From positions 1 to 64,000 of the forward strand of contig JBEQBQ010000004.1 of NCBI GenBank assembly GCA_041639695.1: DNA of 64,000 bases. Reading direction: 5' to 3'. The stretch comes from Candidatus Nanohaloarchaea archaeon (GTDB lineage: Archaea > Nanohalarchaeota > Nanosalinia > Nanosalinales > Nanosalinaceae). A program made the position numbers and the translations under genes. Positions within the stretch are counted from its first letter, which is position 1. Every line of letters starts with the position of its first letter. Below, one piece after another: positions 29,192 through 38,910 of the stretch. The notes under the pieces were generated by a model. The model saw nothing but the letters and a program-made list of their open reading frames with translations, had not been told where the DNA came from and did no database searches.

Positions 29192-30976
29192 ATGGTTCGG
29201 GAAAGAAACGAGATTGAACAAAAGTACAAATGGGATGTAGAATCCATCTATCAAAGTGTTGAAGAATGGGAAGAAGACTTTGAGAAAGCGAAAAAAGATA
29301 TAGAGGAACTTAAGGAGTTTGAAGGTGAGCTCTGCAGTTCTCCACAGACACTTCTCAATTTTCTGGAAGTCCGTGAAGACGCAAAAAGAAGGCTGGAAAA
29401 GATATCGCGTTACGCCCGTATGAAAAGCGATGAAGATACCCGTGTGCAGCAGTTCCAAGCCCTTAAGTCGCGGGCTTCAAGCCTAGGCACAAAGTTTTCA
29501 AGCGCTACAAGCTTCGTTATCCCTGAAATCCAGGATGCAGGCAGAGAGGAAATCAAACGTTTTATGCAGAAAGAAGAGCAACTTGAAATATATCAACAGT
29601 ACTTTGATGATATAATAAGAAGGAAAGAACATACAAGATCCAAAGAGGTTGAAAACGTTCTTTCAAGCCTTGGAGATGTTCTTTCAGGTTCTTCGGATGC
29701 TTACTCGATGTTGACAAACGCCGACATGGAGTTTGGAGCTGTCGAACACGAAGGCGAAGAGATCGATATCACAAAATCAAACTTTACAACACTTCTACAA
29801 GACCGGGATAGGGAGAAGAGAAGAAAGGTGTATGAAAGAGTCTACGACAAGCTTCACGGCTTCAGGAACACCATCTCGACCACTATGGAAACACAGGTAA
29901 AGAAGAACGTCAGAATGACCGAGAACAGAAACTTTGAGTCGGCGAGAGAAAGAGCATTAAACGACTCAAACGTGCCTACAGAGGTCTACGATAACCTGAT
30001 TGACGTAGCAAACCAGAACACGGACTTGGTGCAGAGACACGCTGAACTAAAGATGAAGGTTCAAGATCTAGACGAGATCAAGATGTATGATATCTACATG
30101 CCGCTAGCTGACTCTGAATCGCCTGAAATAAAATACCAGGACGCTAAAAAGCATGTTATCGAAGCTGTTGCGCCTCTAGGAGAAGATTATCAGAGAGCGT
30201 TGAAGCAAGGTCTGGAATCCGGCTGGATTGACGTCTACGAAAACAAGGGCAAACGCTCCGGGGCCTATTCTGGCGGAGGCTACGACATAAAACCGTTTAT
30301 ACTGTTGAACTATCAGAACGATGTTTCTTCGATGTTTACGCTTGCCCACGAGTTAGGGCACTCGATGCACTCTAAACTGGCTAAAGAGAACCAGCCATAC
30401 GTTTACAGCGGTTACGAAATCTTCGTGGCTGAAGTCGCATCAACCGTCAACGAGGCCTTGCTTGCAAGACATCTACTAGATACTGTTGAGGACGAGGATT
30501 TCCGTAAACACGTCTTAAGCCATTTTCTGGAGAACTTTCGAAGCACGTTTTTCAGGCAGACGATGTTCGCGGAGTTTGAGCAGAAAATACACGAAAAAGC
30601 AGAAAATGGAGAAGCCCTGACAGCTGAAGAGCTTGACAAGGCTTACGGGGATCTTAAATCGAAGTACTACTCGAACGTTGAGATAGATGAAAGGATTAAA
30701 CGTGAATGGATGCGCATCCCTCACTTCTACTACAACTTCTATGTCTTCCAGTACTCTACCGGTATCAGCTCTGCGCTTGATATAGTCTCAAGGATAATGA
30801 ATGGTGAGGAAGGCGCTGTAGAAGACTATCTTGAAATGCTCAAATCAGGTTCTTCAGACTACCCTGTGGAGCTGCTTAAGGTCGCTAACGTTGATCTGAC
30901 GACAGAAGAGCCTTTCGAAAAAGCGATGGAACGGTATGAGAAGAGGCTTGACCAAATGGAGCAACTGGTTCAGTAA
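29192..30976 (+). CDS. pepF: Oligoendopeptidase F (M3B)
   Basis: WIDVYENKGKRSGAYS, TLAHELGHSMH, AEVAST.NE, WMRIPHFY. Confidence 0.97.
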   Translation: MVRERNEIEQKYKWDVESIYQSVEEWEEDFEKAKKDIEELKEFEGELCSSPQTLLNFLEVREDAKRRLEKISRYARMKSDEDTRVQQFQALKSRASSLGTKFSSATSFVIPEIQDAGREEIKRFMQKEEQLEIYQQYFDDIIRRKEHTRSKEVENVLSSLGDVLSGSSDAYSMLTNADMEFGAVEHEGEEIDITKSNFTTLLQDRDREKRRKVYERVYDKLHGFRNTISTTMETQVKKNVRMTENRNFESARERALNDSNVPTEVYDNLIDVANQNTDLVQRHAELKMKVQDLDEIKMYDIYMPLADSESPEIKYQDAKKHVIEAVAPLGEDYQRALKQGLESGWIDVYENKGKRSGAYSGGGYDIKPFILLNYQNDVSSMFTLAHELGHSMHSKLAKENQPYVYSGYEIFVAEVASTVNEALLARHLLDTVEDEDFRKHVLSHFLENFRSTFFRQTMFAEFEQKIHEKAENGEALTAEELDKAYGDLKSKYYSNVEIDERIKREWMRIPHFYYNFYVFQYSTGISSALDIVSRIMNGEEGAVEDYLEMLKSGSSDYPVELLKVANVDLTTEEPFEKAMERYEKRLDQMEQLVQ

Positions 30977-32091
30977 ACCCATTCGCCGTCTTTCTGAACC
31001 ACTTCTTCGTCCAGAAGTATCTTCCCTCCTCCGGCCTTCTTTCTAAGATCTTTGACAATATCCCAGTGAATGCTTGAGTCGTTTCTCTGGTCGAGTTCTT
31101 CCTCCTTGAAATTCATTTTGTATGCATTACCGATGGCGAAATGAACGGTGCCTCCTATCTTCTCATCTATTGCGGCATATTTCAGGTAGCGGTCTATCTG
31201 TCTGTTAGTTCCGATCCCAAACTCGCCTATGTATCTAGAGCCTTCATCCGTTTCTATTATTTTCTTGAGGAAGTCCTCGTTGGTCTTAGCTGAAAAGTCC
31301 ACAATCTCCCCTTCTTCAAGCTCTAGCTCTATACCTCCAATTTCGTTTCCTTTCGCGGTTACAGGATGACTAAATTTTATCTTGCCTTCGACAGATCTTT
31401 TTCTAGGCGCATAGAAAACCTCTCCGTCTGGTATATTTCTGCGGCCTACAGAACTTACGCCTTTCCTGTTCTCTATACTAAATTTAAGGTCTGTATCTTC
31501 TGAAACTATTCTAACTTCGCTACCTTGGTCAAAGAGTTCTTTGATCTTCTTGTTTTTTTCCTCAAGCTCGTCCCAGTCAACTTTGTTTACCGCATCCATG
31601 ATGTAGTTCTCTAACTCTTCCTTACTTAGTCCGGCGCTCTGGGCCAATCCCTCTGTTGGAAAGGTGCAAAGTACCCAGTTCTTCTGGAGTCTTTCCTCCA
31701 TGATCGGCCGAGTTGTTTCGCTCCATTTCGAGATATTCTCTGATTTAACGTTGCTGAGAGCCCTGTAGTTGTCGATACCTTTTATCTTGATGAAGACATC
31801 CATCTTCTCCATGAACTCGAGTTCGGCTTGGGAAAGCCTTTCCAGCTGCTCATTTGATGCATTTTTGAGCCAGTAATAGTCGTCAGCTTCGCCTGATTGG
31901 GTGTCGTAGAGAATCTTTTCGTGGGGGAAAGCTCCTTTATCTATGACTTGTCTGCGAACTTCTTCGAACAACGGAAGGGCTTCCAGAGATTTCACGAGTA
32001 TATAGACGTCGTCTCCTTTCTCGACTTCTGCTGATCTTTCAACTAGTGTTTCTGCGTATTTCTTCAGCCGGGGGTCTTCGGACGTCTTCAT
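30970..32091 (-). CDS. Aminopeptidase, M29 (AmpS/AmpT type)
   Basis: NIPDGEVF, GEFGIGTN, DEKIGGTVHFAIG, IHWD. Confidence 0.93.
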   Translation of the reverse strand: MKTSEDPRLKKYAETLVERSAEVEKGDDVYILVKSLEALPLFEEVRRQVIDKGAFPHEKILYDTQSGEADDYYWLKNASNEQLERLSQAELEFMEKMDVFIKIKGIDNYRALSNVKSENISKWSETTRPIMEERLQKNWVLCTFPTEGLAQSAGLSKEELENYIMDAVNKVDWDELEEKNKKIKELFDQGSEVRIVSEDTDLKFSIENRKGVSSVGRRNIPDGEVFYAPRKRSVEGKIKFSHPVTAKGNEIGGIELELEEGEIVDFSAKTNEDFLKKIIETDEGSRYIGEFGIGTNRQIDRYLKYAAIDEKIGGTVHFAIGNAYKMNFKEEELDQRNDSSIHWDIVKDLRKKAGGGKILLDEEVVQKDGEWVY

Positions 32092-32153
32092 CTGCTCTAG
32101 AGAAATGTGGGGCCGGGAATGTTTTTTATCTTGTGAGGCCCCAAAACTGCGTT

Positions 32154-33647
32154 ATGAGTTACGAAGAGCTTGAAAAAGAGGTAAAGGTTTTAGGAAATCT
32201 TGAAGAGGCGGTAGGTGTTCTGGGCTGGGACGAGGAAGTTATGATGCCTGAAAAAGGTTTAGAAGCCCGCTCCAACCAGAAAAGTACGTTAACCAAGTTA
32301 AGACATGAGAAACTTGTTTCGGATAGGTTGGGAGAACTTTTGGAATCGATCGACAGAGAAGAGCTGGATGAGGATCAAAGGGCTAATGTCCGTGAGGTCG
32401 AACGAGAGCGCGAAAGAATGTTGAGCGTTTCCGCAGATTTAATGGAGAAAATTTCTCGGAAAGAATCAGAAACTGTAAATGCATGGAAAAAGGCAAAAAA
32501 GGAGGACGATTTCGAGCTTTTTGCTGAAGAGTTGAAAGAACTTGTAGAGTTGAAGAGAAAATATGCTAGACAGATTGATCCGGACGAAGAACCATATAAG
32601 GTGCTTTTCAAGGACTACGAGCCATATATAGGCTATGAGACTATGGAGGAGGTTCTGGAAGGTTTGAAACAGGGTCTTGTGCCTTTAGTTGAGAAGATTT
32701 CGGAGGCCGAAGATATAGAGCAAGATGCTTTCAAGGGTGACTTCCATGAAGATGAGGAGATGGAGTTAAATCATGAGATAGCGGAGCTTCTTGGATTCAA
32801 CAAGGAGAAGGGCAGACTTGATTGTTCGGAGCATCCTTTCACGTCAGGTAACACTTTTGATGCGCGTATAACGACACGTATAGAGGACGGAGATCTTTCA
32901 GGTTCTTTAATGCCGACAATTCACGAGTTCGGGCATGCACTTTACCAGTTAGGGCTTCCTGAAGAGCATTACGCAACTCCTAGGGGTGGTGCTAGAGAGC
33001 TTTCCGTACACGAGTCACAGTCTAGACTATGGGAGAATCAGGTCGGCAGATCAAAAGAATTCTGGAATTTCATGCTTCCTAAGTTGAAGGAAAAGTTTCC
33101 GGAAGAGTTTGGGAATGTTTCAGTGGAGGACTGTTACGAGTCTATTAACCAGGTATACGAAGATAACGTGATACGTGTGAAGGCTGATGAGCTTACGTAC
33201 CACCTTCATATTGTATTGAGGTTTGAGATTGGAAGGGCCTTGATGAAGGGGGATATGGAGGTTGAAGATCTTCCTGAGGAATGGAACAAACGTATGCGCA
33301 AGTATCTTGATTTGGAGCCTGAAACGGATTCAGAAGGTGTTATGCAAGATATTCACTGGGCTTGGGGCAACTTCGGTTATTTCCCGACTTACAGCCTTGG
33401 AAGTGTTCTGTCCGCACAGATCTACCGTGAAATGGACGAGGAGATCGATGGGTTGGATGTTAAGATCGAATCAGGAGAGTTTGAGGATTTAAGAGGGTGG
33501 CTCAAGACTCACATTCACTCGAAAGGCCGACTTCTTAAAACGGAAGAGCTGATAGAAGAGGTCACAGGCGAAGCTATCAGTCCGGAGCCGTTCCTTGAGC
33601 ACATCCGTGAGAAGTATGGAGAAATCTACAATATCGAACTAGAGTAA
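32154..33647 (+). CDS. Carboxypeptidase, M32 (Taq type)
   Basis: HPF, HEFGH, HESQSR, IRVKADE, QDIHW, GYFPTY; ATG at 32154. Confidence 0.96.
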   Translation: MSYEELEKEVKVLGNLEEAVGVLGWDEEVMMPEKGLEARSNQKSTLTKLRHEKLVSDRLGELLESIDREELDEDQRANVREVERERERMLSVSADLMEKISRKESETVNAWKKAKKEDDFELFAEELKELVELKRKYARQIDPDEEPYKVLFKDYEPYIGYETMEEVLEGLKQGLVPLVEKISEAEDIEQDAFKGDFHEDEEMELNHEIAELLGFNKEKGRLDCSEHPFTSGNTFDARITTRIEDGDLSGSLMPTIHEFGHALYQLGLPEEHYATPRGGARELSVHESQSRLWENQVGRSKEFWNFMLPKLKEKFPEEFGNVSVEDCYESINQVYEDNVIRVKADELTYHLHIVLRFEIGRALMKGDMEVEDLPEEWNKRMRKYLDLEPETDSEGVMQDIHWAWGNFGYFPTYSLGSVLSAQIYREMDEEIDGLDVKIESGEFEDLRGWLKTHIHSKGRLLKTEELIEEVTGEAISPEPFLEHIREKYGEIYNIELE

Positions 33648-33701
33648 CTCTACTACCTTTTTCCTGTATTCCTTATTTTTTCTCAAAATAGTTGTGTTTT
33701 A

Positions 33702-33831
33702 GTATAGTTAGCGATCTTCGTAGATAGTGGGCTTAGAATAATCATTATGATCTGGTATAGTTTGCGGTGATCGTCACTTTAACGTCAAATAATTACAAGA
33801 TCATAATAGTATATTTTCTGTATAGTTGGCG
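33702..33831. repeat. Three direct repeats GTATAGTTnGCG in an AT-rich gap between convergent genes
   Basis: Copies at 33702, 33755, 33820; also inverted pair ATTATGATCT (33744) / AGATCATAAT (33798). Confidence 0.6.
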
Positions 33832-33955
33832 GCGACTAGAATAAAGCGAGTAAATATTTAGTAACGTGCAATTATTATCCTTGTTCATAGTTCAAAACGT
33901 TCTTAGAACGCATTAAGACCCTAAATAGTGACTAAGCTATAATGGTTATTATTGG

Positions 33956-34297
33956 CTATAGTTGGGTGATGTTGTCGGCGATGACCTCGACCTTTCCACG
34001 ATAAAGTTCGACATTACCAACTGTCCGGATACGATCTCCTTCCGAAAGTCTGATAGATGATTCGAACATCAGAACGGTTATTCGACCGGTTGAATCCTTA
34101 AGGTCGATGAAAATATTGCTCGATACATTACTGTAGTCTTTTACCTCGCCCTCGAGTATTACAGGCTTTCCGTTCCATGATGCATCGATAGAACCGACCT
34201 CGACTTTTGGAGGCTCTACGTATATCGAGGTAGCGTACATGATCCCGAGACCGATAACTGAGAAAAGGACCGACAGAAAATACAGTTTTTTCCTCAA
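33956..34297 (-). CDS. Membrane-anchored OB-fold protein
   Basis: N-terminal TM; LKDSTGRI...GDRI...G.VELYRGKVEV OB pattern. Confidence 0.8.
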   Translation of the reverse strand: MRKKLYFLSVLFSVIGLGIMYATSIYVEPPKVEVGSIDASWNGKPVILEGEVKDYSNVSSNIFIDLKDSTGRITVLMFESSIRLSEGDRIRTVGNVELYRGKVEVIADNITQL

Positions 34298-34830
34298 AGA
34301 TCCTTCACGTAAAGCTCGGTGTATTCGGATCCTCTAGGTTTTAGATCCGAACGAAATAGTTTCAGCTTGTTCACTTCGATACTTCCGAAGTCATGGTCTT
34401 CAAACTCTCTCAGCATCCTGCGCAACTTCCGCTTTCTCTCACCTTTCACATCTTCAACTCTGAGAAGGGATACGTGTGGAACAAAATCGTGGCCGTTGTC
34501 GGACTCAACTCCGTGAGAGCTTACTTGGCGATGTATCTCATGGAACTTTCCGTTTTCTACGCCAGCCCAGACCACCCGGATGTAATCCTTAGAGGGGAAA
34601 GCACCCACGCCTTTCAGCCTGGAACTAAAGCTTTCTACATCTATCTCGTCCATCGCGTTCTTCAGTTCGTCTATCTCCTCTTCATTAATGTCTTTGAAGA
34701 ATTCGAAAGTAAGGTGCATTTTTTCCCGTGGAATAGGTTTGAAGCCCAGGTCGAATCGATCCCGGACATTTTCCAGCTCTTCGAGGATTTTTTCGTCCTC
34801 TATATCGAAAGCGGTGAAAACCCGCGCCAT
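34294..34830 (-). CDS. thpR: RNA 2',3'-cyclic phosphodiesterase (2H family)
   Basis: HLTF and PHVSL 2H motifs, GAFP...RVVWAG; ATG at 34830. Confidence 0.92.
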   Translation of the reverse strand: MARVFTAFDIEDEKILEELENVRDRFDLGFKPIPREKMHLTFEFFKDINEEEIDELKNAMDEIDVESFSSRLKGVGAFPSKDYIRVVWAGVENGKFHEIHRQVSSHGVESDNGHDFVPHVSLLRVEDVKGERKRKLRRMLREFEDHDFGSIEVNKLKLFRSDLKPRGSEYTELYVKDL

Positions 34831-34882
34831 GTAAACTTTTAACTTTCCGGTGCTGATAAACTTACTATACGGTGCAAAAAAT

Positions 34883-35143
34883 ATGTCGGAAAAGCCACGT
34901 GGCAAGCAGTTGGTAGGAAAGACAATCGTCTCGGAAGAGCAAGGAAAAAGATTTGGAGAAGTAGAAGACATCTCGTTCGTCGCTGATACCGGAGAACTGA
35001 TGAACCTGCTTATATCAAATACTACAGAGCATATCGATGAGGTCAAGCTTCAGGAAGACAGGAAAGGAAGAAATATCGTGCCCTTCTCTGCAGTAAGATC
35101 TATCGGGGACTTCGTTATTGTCTCGGAAGACGACATCATCTAG
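34883..35143 (+). CDS. PRC-barrel protein (CdpB-like)
   Basis: GKTIV...G.V.DI...TGEL...VPFSAVRSIGDFVIV. Confidence 0.85.
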   Translation: MSEKPRGKQLVGKTIVSEEQGKRFGEVEDISFVADTGELMNLLISNTTEHIDEVKLQEDRKGRNIVPFSAVRSIGDFVIVSEDDII

Positions 35144-35206
35144 TTTACAGCTGCAGGGGCCTCATGGCCACTCTTCTTAAATAATTTTAGAGTTAACTAG
35201 TTCTTT

Positions 35207-35824
35207 GTGGACGAATTTGGGTTTATTGAACGGATTGAGGGAGAGCCTCACTACAGAATAGGCGATGAGGAAGACTATACAACGCATATTCCGATTGTGA
35301 ACGTTTTTGAGAAATACTTTATTGAGAATAAGTTGCCCGATCAAATAAGCGATGAGATAGATGAGCTCGAAAAGGAGGATGTTCACAGAATAGAAGCGTT
35401 TTGGATCAGAGGGGGTTTTGAGGAGACCCAGCAACTTTACGAAGAGTTCAAGCAATTCAATACAGATTTTGAGGAGAACGGACCGGAAGGCTTCATCCAG
35501 GAAAAACGTTCCGACTCAGAAGCTGATGGAGAACTCTCTGGAAATCAGCAGGGTCTTGAAGAAGTCTATGATTTTTTCTGTGGGCTAATAACTTACGACC
35601 ATGTTAAAAGGTCAAGTATTAACCGTATTGATTCTGAGACCTGGCTTGATATGAGTTATGACGGATCTTCTGCACGGATAAACGTTGAGGAAAACGATTC
35701 GGGCTATATGGTCAGCTCAAACCTAGAAGGAGAGTTTCTAACGGAGTTCAGTGTTGATGAGAGTAAAGTAGAAGAAAAAGTAAGAGAGGTCTACAATTCT
35801 GCTTTCTACACTCTAACGGATTAG
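35207..35824 (+). CDS. Hypothetical acidic protein
   Basis: 205-aa ORF with host-like composition. Confidence 0.65.
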   Translation: MDEFGFIERIEGEPHYRIGDEEDYTTHIPIVNVFEKYFIENKLPDQISDEIDELEKEDVHRIEAFWIRGGFEETQQLYEEFKQFNTDFEENGPEGFIQEKRSDSEADGELSGNQQGLEEVYDFFCGLITYDHVKRSSINRIDSETWLDMSYDGSSARINVEENDSGYMVSSNLEGEFLTEFSVDESKVEEKVREVYNSAFYTLTD

Positions 35825-36768
35825 GCGTCCTTGATTCCGCCGTCTTCGATGTTGTAGACTGCTTCTCCTTCAGGCATGTAAGGTGAGTCTACTAGTTTAG
35901 CGACTCTCTTACCTTTCTTACCTTTTCTGAGGTAGAGTCTGGTTGCGGAGTTGTGTGCCACGATGTGGCCTCCGATAGCTTTTGTCGGGTCGCCAAACAT
36001 CTGGTCCGGGTTCGACATGACCTGGTTTGTGACAACTACTGCCGCATTATGGCTGTTTGCGAGTCTCAAAAGTGTGGCCATGTGTCTGTTAAGTTTCTGC
36101 TGTCTCTGTGCAAGCTCTCCTCTACCTACGTACTCTGCACGGAACTGAGCTGTTAACGAATCGACCACAATTAGTCCGACGTCTTCACTCTGTGCGATGT
36201 CCTGTGCTTCATCGGCGAGAAGCATCTGGTGGTCCGAGTTGAAAGCTCTGGCCACATGGATACGATCTAAGGTTTCTTCAACGTCCATTCCCTGGTCTTC
36301 CGCCATGTCCTCGATTCTCTGAGGTACGAAGGTGTCCTCTGTATCGATGTAGATTACATCTCTGTTAAGACCTCCTTCGCCTTCCGGTTTCTGGACGTTT
36401 ACAGATAATTGGTGTGCGATCTGTGTCTTTCCGCTTCCGTATTCGCCGTAGAACTCTGTAATGCTCTGGGTGTCGACGCCGCCTCCAAGCAGCTCGTTCA
36501 AGTCGTCTGCTCCTGCGGAGATCTTCTTCATCTCTTTTTTCTGGTCGTAACGGTCTTTACCTGACTCGAATCCGATGTCGAGTTCTTGACGTGCGCCTGT
36601 AATAATTTTCTGCGACTTCTTTTCACCTAAGTCGGCTACTTCTCCTAGGTCGCCCGCACTCATAGTTGCGATGGACATCAGGTCGTCGTATCCTGCTTCT
36701 CTAAGCTTTTCTGCTGTCTTTGCTCCAACTCCATTCAGATCTTCAAGTTCTATATCATCTTCAGACAT
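35821..36768 (-). CDS. radA: DNA repair and recombination protein RadA
   Basis: N-terminal HhH, GEYGSGKTQ, YIDTE, VDSLT..FRAEY.GRGEL. Confidence 0.98.
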   Translation of the reverse strand: MSEDDIELEDLNGVGAKTAEKLREAGYDDLMSIATMSAGDLGEVADLGEKKSQKIITGARQELDIGFESGKDRYDQKKEMKKISAGADDLNELLGGGVDTQSITEFYGEYGSGKTQIAHQLSVNVQKPEGEGGLNRDVIYIDTEDTFVPQRIEDMAEDQGMDVEETLDRIHVARAFNSDHQMLLADEAQDIAQSEDVGLIVVDSLTAQFRAEYVGRGELAQRQQKLNRHMATLLRLANSHNAAVVVTNQVMSNPDQMFGDPTKAIGGHIVAHNSATRLYLRKGKKGKRVAKLVDSPYMPEGEAVYNIEDGGIKDA

Positions 36769-36782
36769 TCAATTGTTCACCT

Positions 36783-37778
36783 TTATGCTAGGACTTCTAC
36801 AAGTTGTTCTATCTCGTCTTCTGGTTCAATTTCTTCGTACTCGTTTCCAATAAGTTCGAGGGTTCCGAAGTAGTCGTTGTAACGTGTTCTTCCTGAAATA
36901 CGTACTTCTTTGCCTACTGAGTCTGCTGCGGCGTTTTCAACCGCTTTGAGGTCGCCTTCTTTCTCTGTTTCTTCGTCTATCTCAAGCAAACTTCGGGCCT
37001 GATCGCCGAAAAGTACGACTCGGGTGTTACCGGTTCCGTCGTCCACAACGCATGAGAGTGCGAGTCGGTGGTCCGGCTCTTCAACTTCTTTCCCTTCATC
37101 GGTTACTAGTTCACCGTCGTCGTTTTCTCTTACTGTGTCTCCGGTTTCAGGGTCTACACGGTAGAAAGGACTTGATGTGTAGACGTCCATTATCATTCCT
37201 TTGACTTCGTAGCTTGCGTTTTCGGACTGTATTTCTCTAATATCTACTTTTTCTGTATCGGAGCTTCCTCCTGTCTCGACTTCCGGTACCTCATCGTCAT
37301 CTACTTTTTTGACGTGTGCTTCGTCTCCAAGTCTTAGTTCTGCGTTTCCACGGTCGTCTTCTACTGTGTATGCGCCTTCGACTCCTATTGCATCGCCTTC
37401 ACTCACTTTTTCCGCAATCTCCGTCTGTTCATCCCAGAGTGTTACTCTTATTGTACCGGTTTCGTCACCTAGAACCATGTTCTGGACCTTGCCCTCATCA
37501 CCATCATCTCTTTCAAACGTGTTAGGATCCATTATGTTGGTTACTCTTGCTTTGAGGTTGACTTTTCTCATGTCTGGCACGATGTTTTCTATGTCAAGTG
37601 CCTGTCCTCCGGCTTCTGCGATCTGTACTCCGTTGTCTTTGGCGACTAGGTGTACGGCACCTTCTTCTGATACGAGGCCTTCGAATTCGTCCATTTTCTC
37701 TTTTACTTCTTCCTTTACTTCGTCCTCGTTTAGGTCGGTTTCTTCTACAATCTTTTCGACGACTTCTTTCGCGTTCAT
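36783..37778 (-). CDS. rpa: Replication protein A (OB-fold ssDNA-binding protein)
   Basis: Two OB folds (LGDETGTIRVTLW; VDDGTGNTRVVLFG); immediately upstream of radA. Confidence 0.9.
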   Translation of the reverse strand: MNAKEVVEKIVEETDLNEDEVKEEVKEKMDEFEGLVSEEGAVHLVAKDNGVQIAEAGGQALDIENIVPDMRKVNLKARVTNIMDPNTFERDDGDEGKVQNMVLGDETGTIRVTLWDEQTEIAEKVSEGDAIGVEGAYTVEDDRGNAELRLGDEAHVKKVDDDEVPEVETGGSSDTEKVDIREIQSENASYEVKGMIMDVYTSSPFYRVDPETGDTVRENDDGELVTDEGKEVEEPDHRLALSCVVDDGTGNTRVVLFGDQARSLLEIDEETEKEGDLKAVENAAADSVGKEVRISGRTRYNDYFGTLELIGNEYEEIEPEDEIEQLVEVLA

Positions 37779-37848
37779 ATAGAATTTAGGTGGATACAAA
37801 GCTTAAATCCATGGTGTTTGGTGAGAATAAAAAAATAGATAAGGGCCG

Positions 37849-38046
37849 TTATTTGAGGGCTTCGCGTACGTCTTCGGCTCTTACTGTCTTTCTATCGTCT
37901 TCGCCGGCGATTGCTATTGCTTCCTCTGAGACGTCGCCTGCGAACATTTCGAGAATCTCTCTCATTTCTTCAGCGCTGTCTCTTGAAACCCTTTTGTCCC
38001 CTTGGTCCTTGATCATTTCTTTCATCTTTGCGATTGAGAACTCCAT
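37849..38046 (-). CDS. Archaeal histone (divergent, acidic)
   Basis: 65 aa; KRVS.D...RKTV.AEDV histone-fold motifs. Confidence 0.9.
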   Translation of the reverse strand: MEFSIAKMKEMIKDQGDKRVSRDSAEEMREILEMFAGDVSEEAIAIAGEDDRKTVRAEDVREALK

Positions 38047-38651
38047 GGATACTCACATCTAAGGTTCTACCCGCACCTATTTAAACAAATCGGCTTCTGA
38101 GTCAATTCTTCCGCGTATTTGAGCATGCCTAGGTGCGTTTATTCGTCATCGAGACCGAATAAACCCGCGGTAACAACATAGTAACCTTGTGATGTTGTCA
38201 ATACTTCTTTGAGGCTTCAAGACAGTTTTCTCGAATAGAGACTCTCTACTACCTATATAGTCTACAATATACTTTTTCGGGTCAAGCATTCAACCAGCCA
38301 AATACCACATCTAACCCTCACAGTAATGGCTTCAGACCGACTTCACTCAGAACAGCTACTAAGAGAGGTGGCTGAAATTCGTAGAACAGCCTGGCTTGTT
38401 CGGCCGGAAACCTCTAACTCCTGATAGAGGGACGTAACTTTTTCGAATAAAATCGGGTGTTTATACTCACAAACGCCTGTCCGGGTGTTCGTTCAACATG
38501 AACAATAAGGTGTTAAGAAACTTTGAACATTCAAGTGTTTTAAGTACTTAATGTTTGTACCAAACAGTTAATTCGTTTTTCCTGTAGATCGAGTGTTCTA
38601 ATTTTTTGAACAGTCCGTTAATGGTTAAAACCGGCCCGAGAAACTTCCTAC

Positions 38652-38855
38652 ATGAAGATTACAAAGATCCAGGACGACGGAGAACGCTTCATAATCCATG
38701 GCGACGGAAGACTCTACTCCCGGCTAAAAGAGGTCTTCGACCAGATGGGCCTGGGCATCTCAGTAACGAAATCAGAGGAGGGCGCCGCACACATCCTCTA
38801 CACCGAAAACAACCGGGACATAGTTCTGAGAGTCTTGGACGAACATACTGAGTAG
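38652..38855 (+). CDS. Small hypothetical protein
   Basis: 67-aa ATG ORF with globular composition. Confidence 0.6.
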   Translation: MKITKIQDDGERFIIHGDGRLYSRLKEVFDQMGLGISVTKSEEGAAHILYTENNRDIVLRVLDEHTE

Positions 38856-38910
38856 ACAAAGTTGAGCTCAGACGGTAGATTGTTATAATTTTTAGTGCAT
38901 AAAGGCTTAT

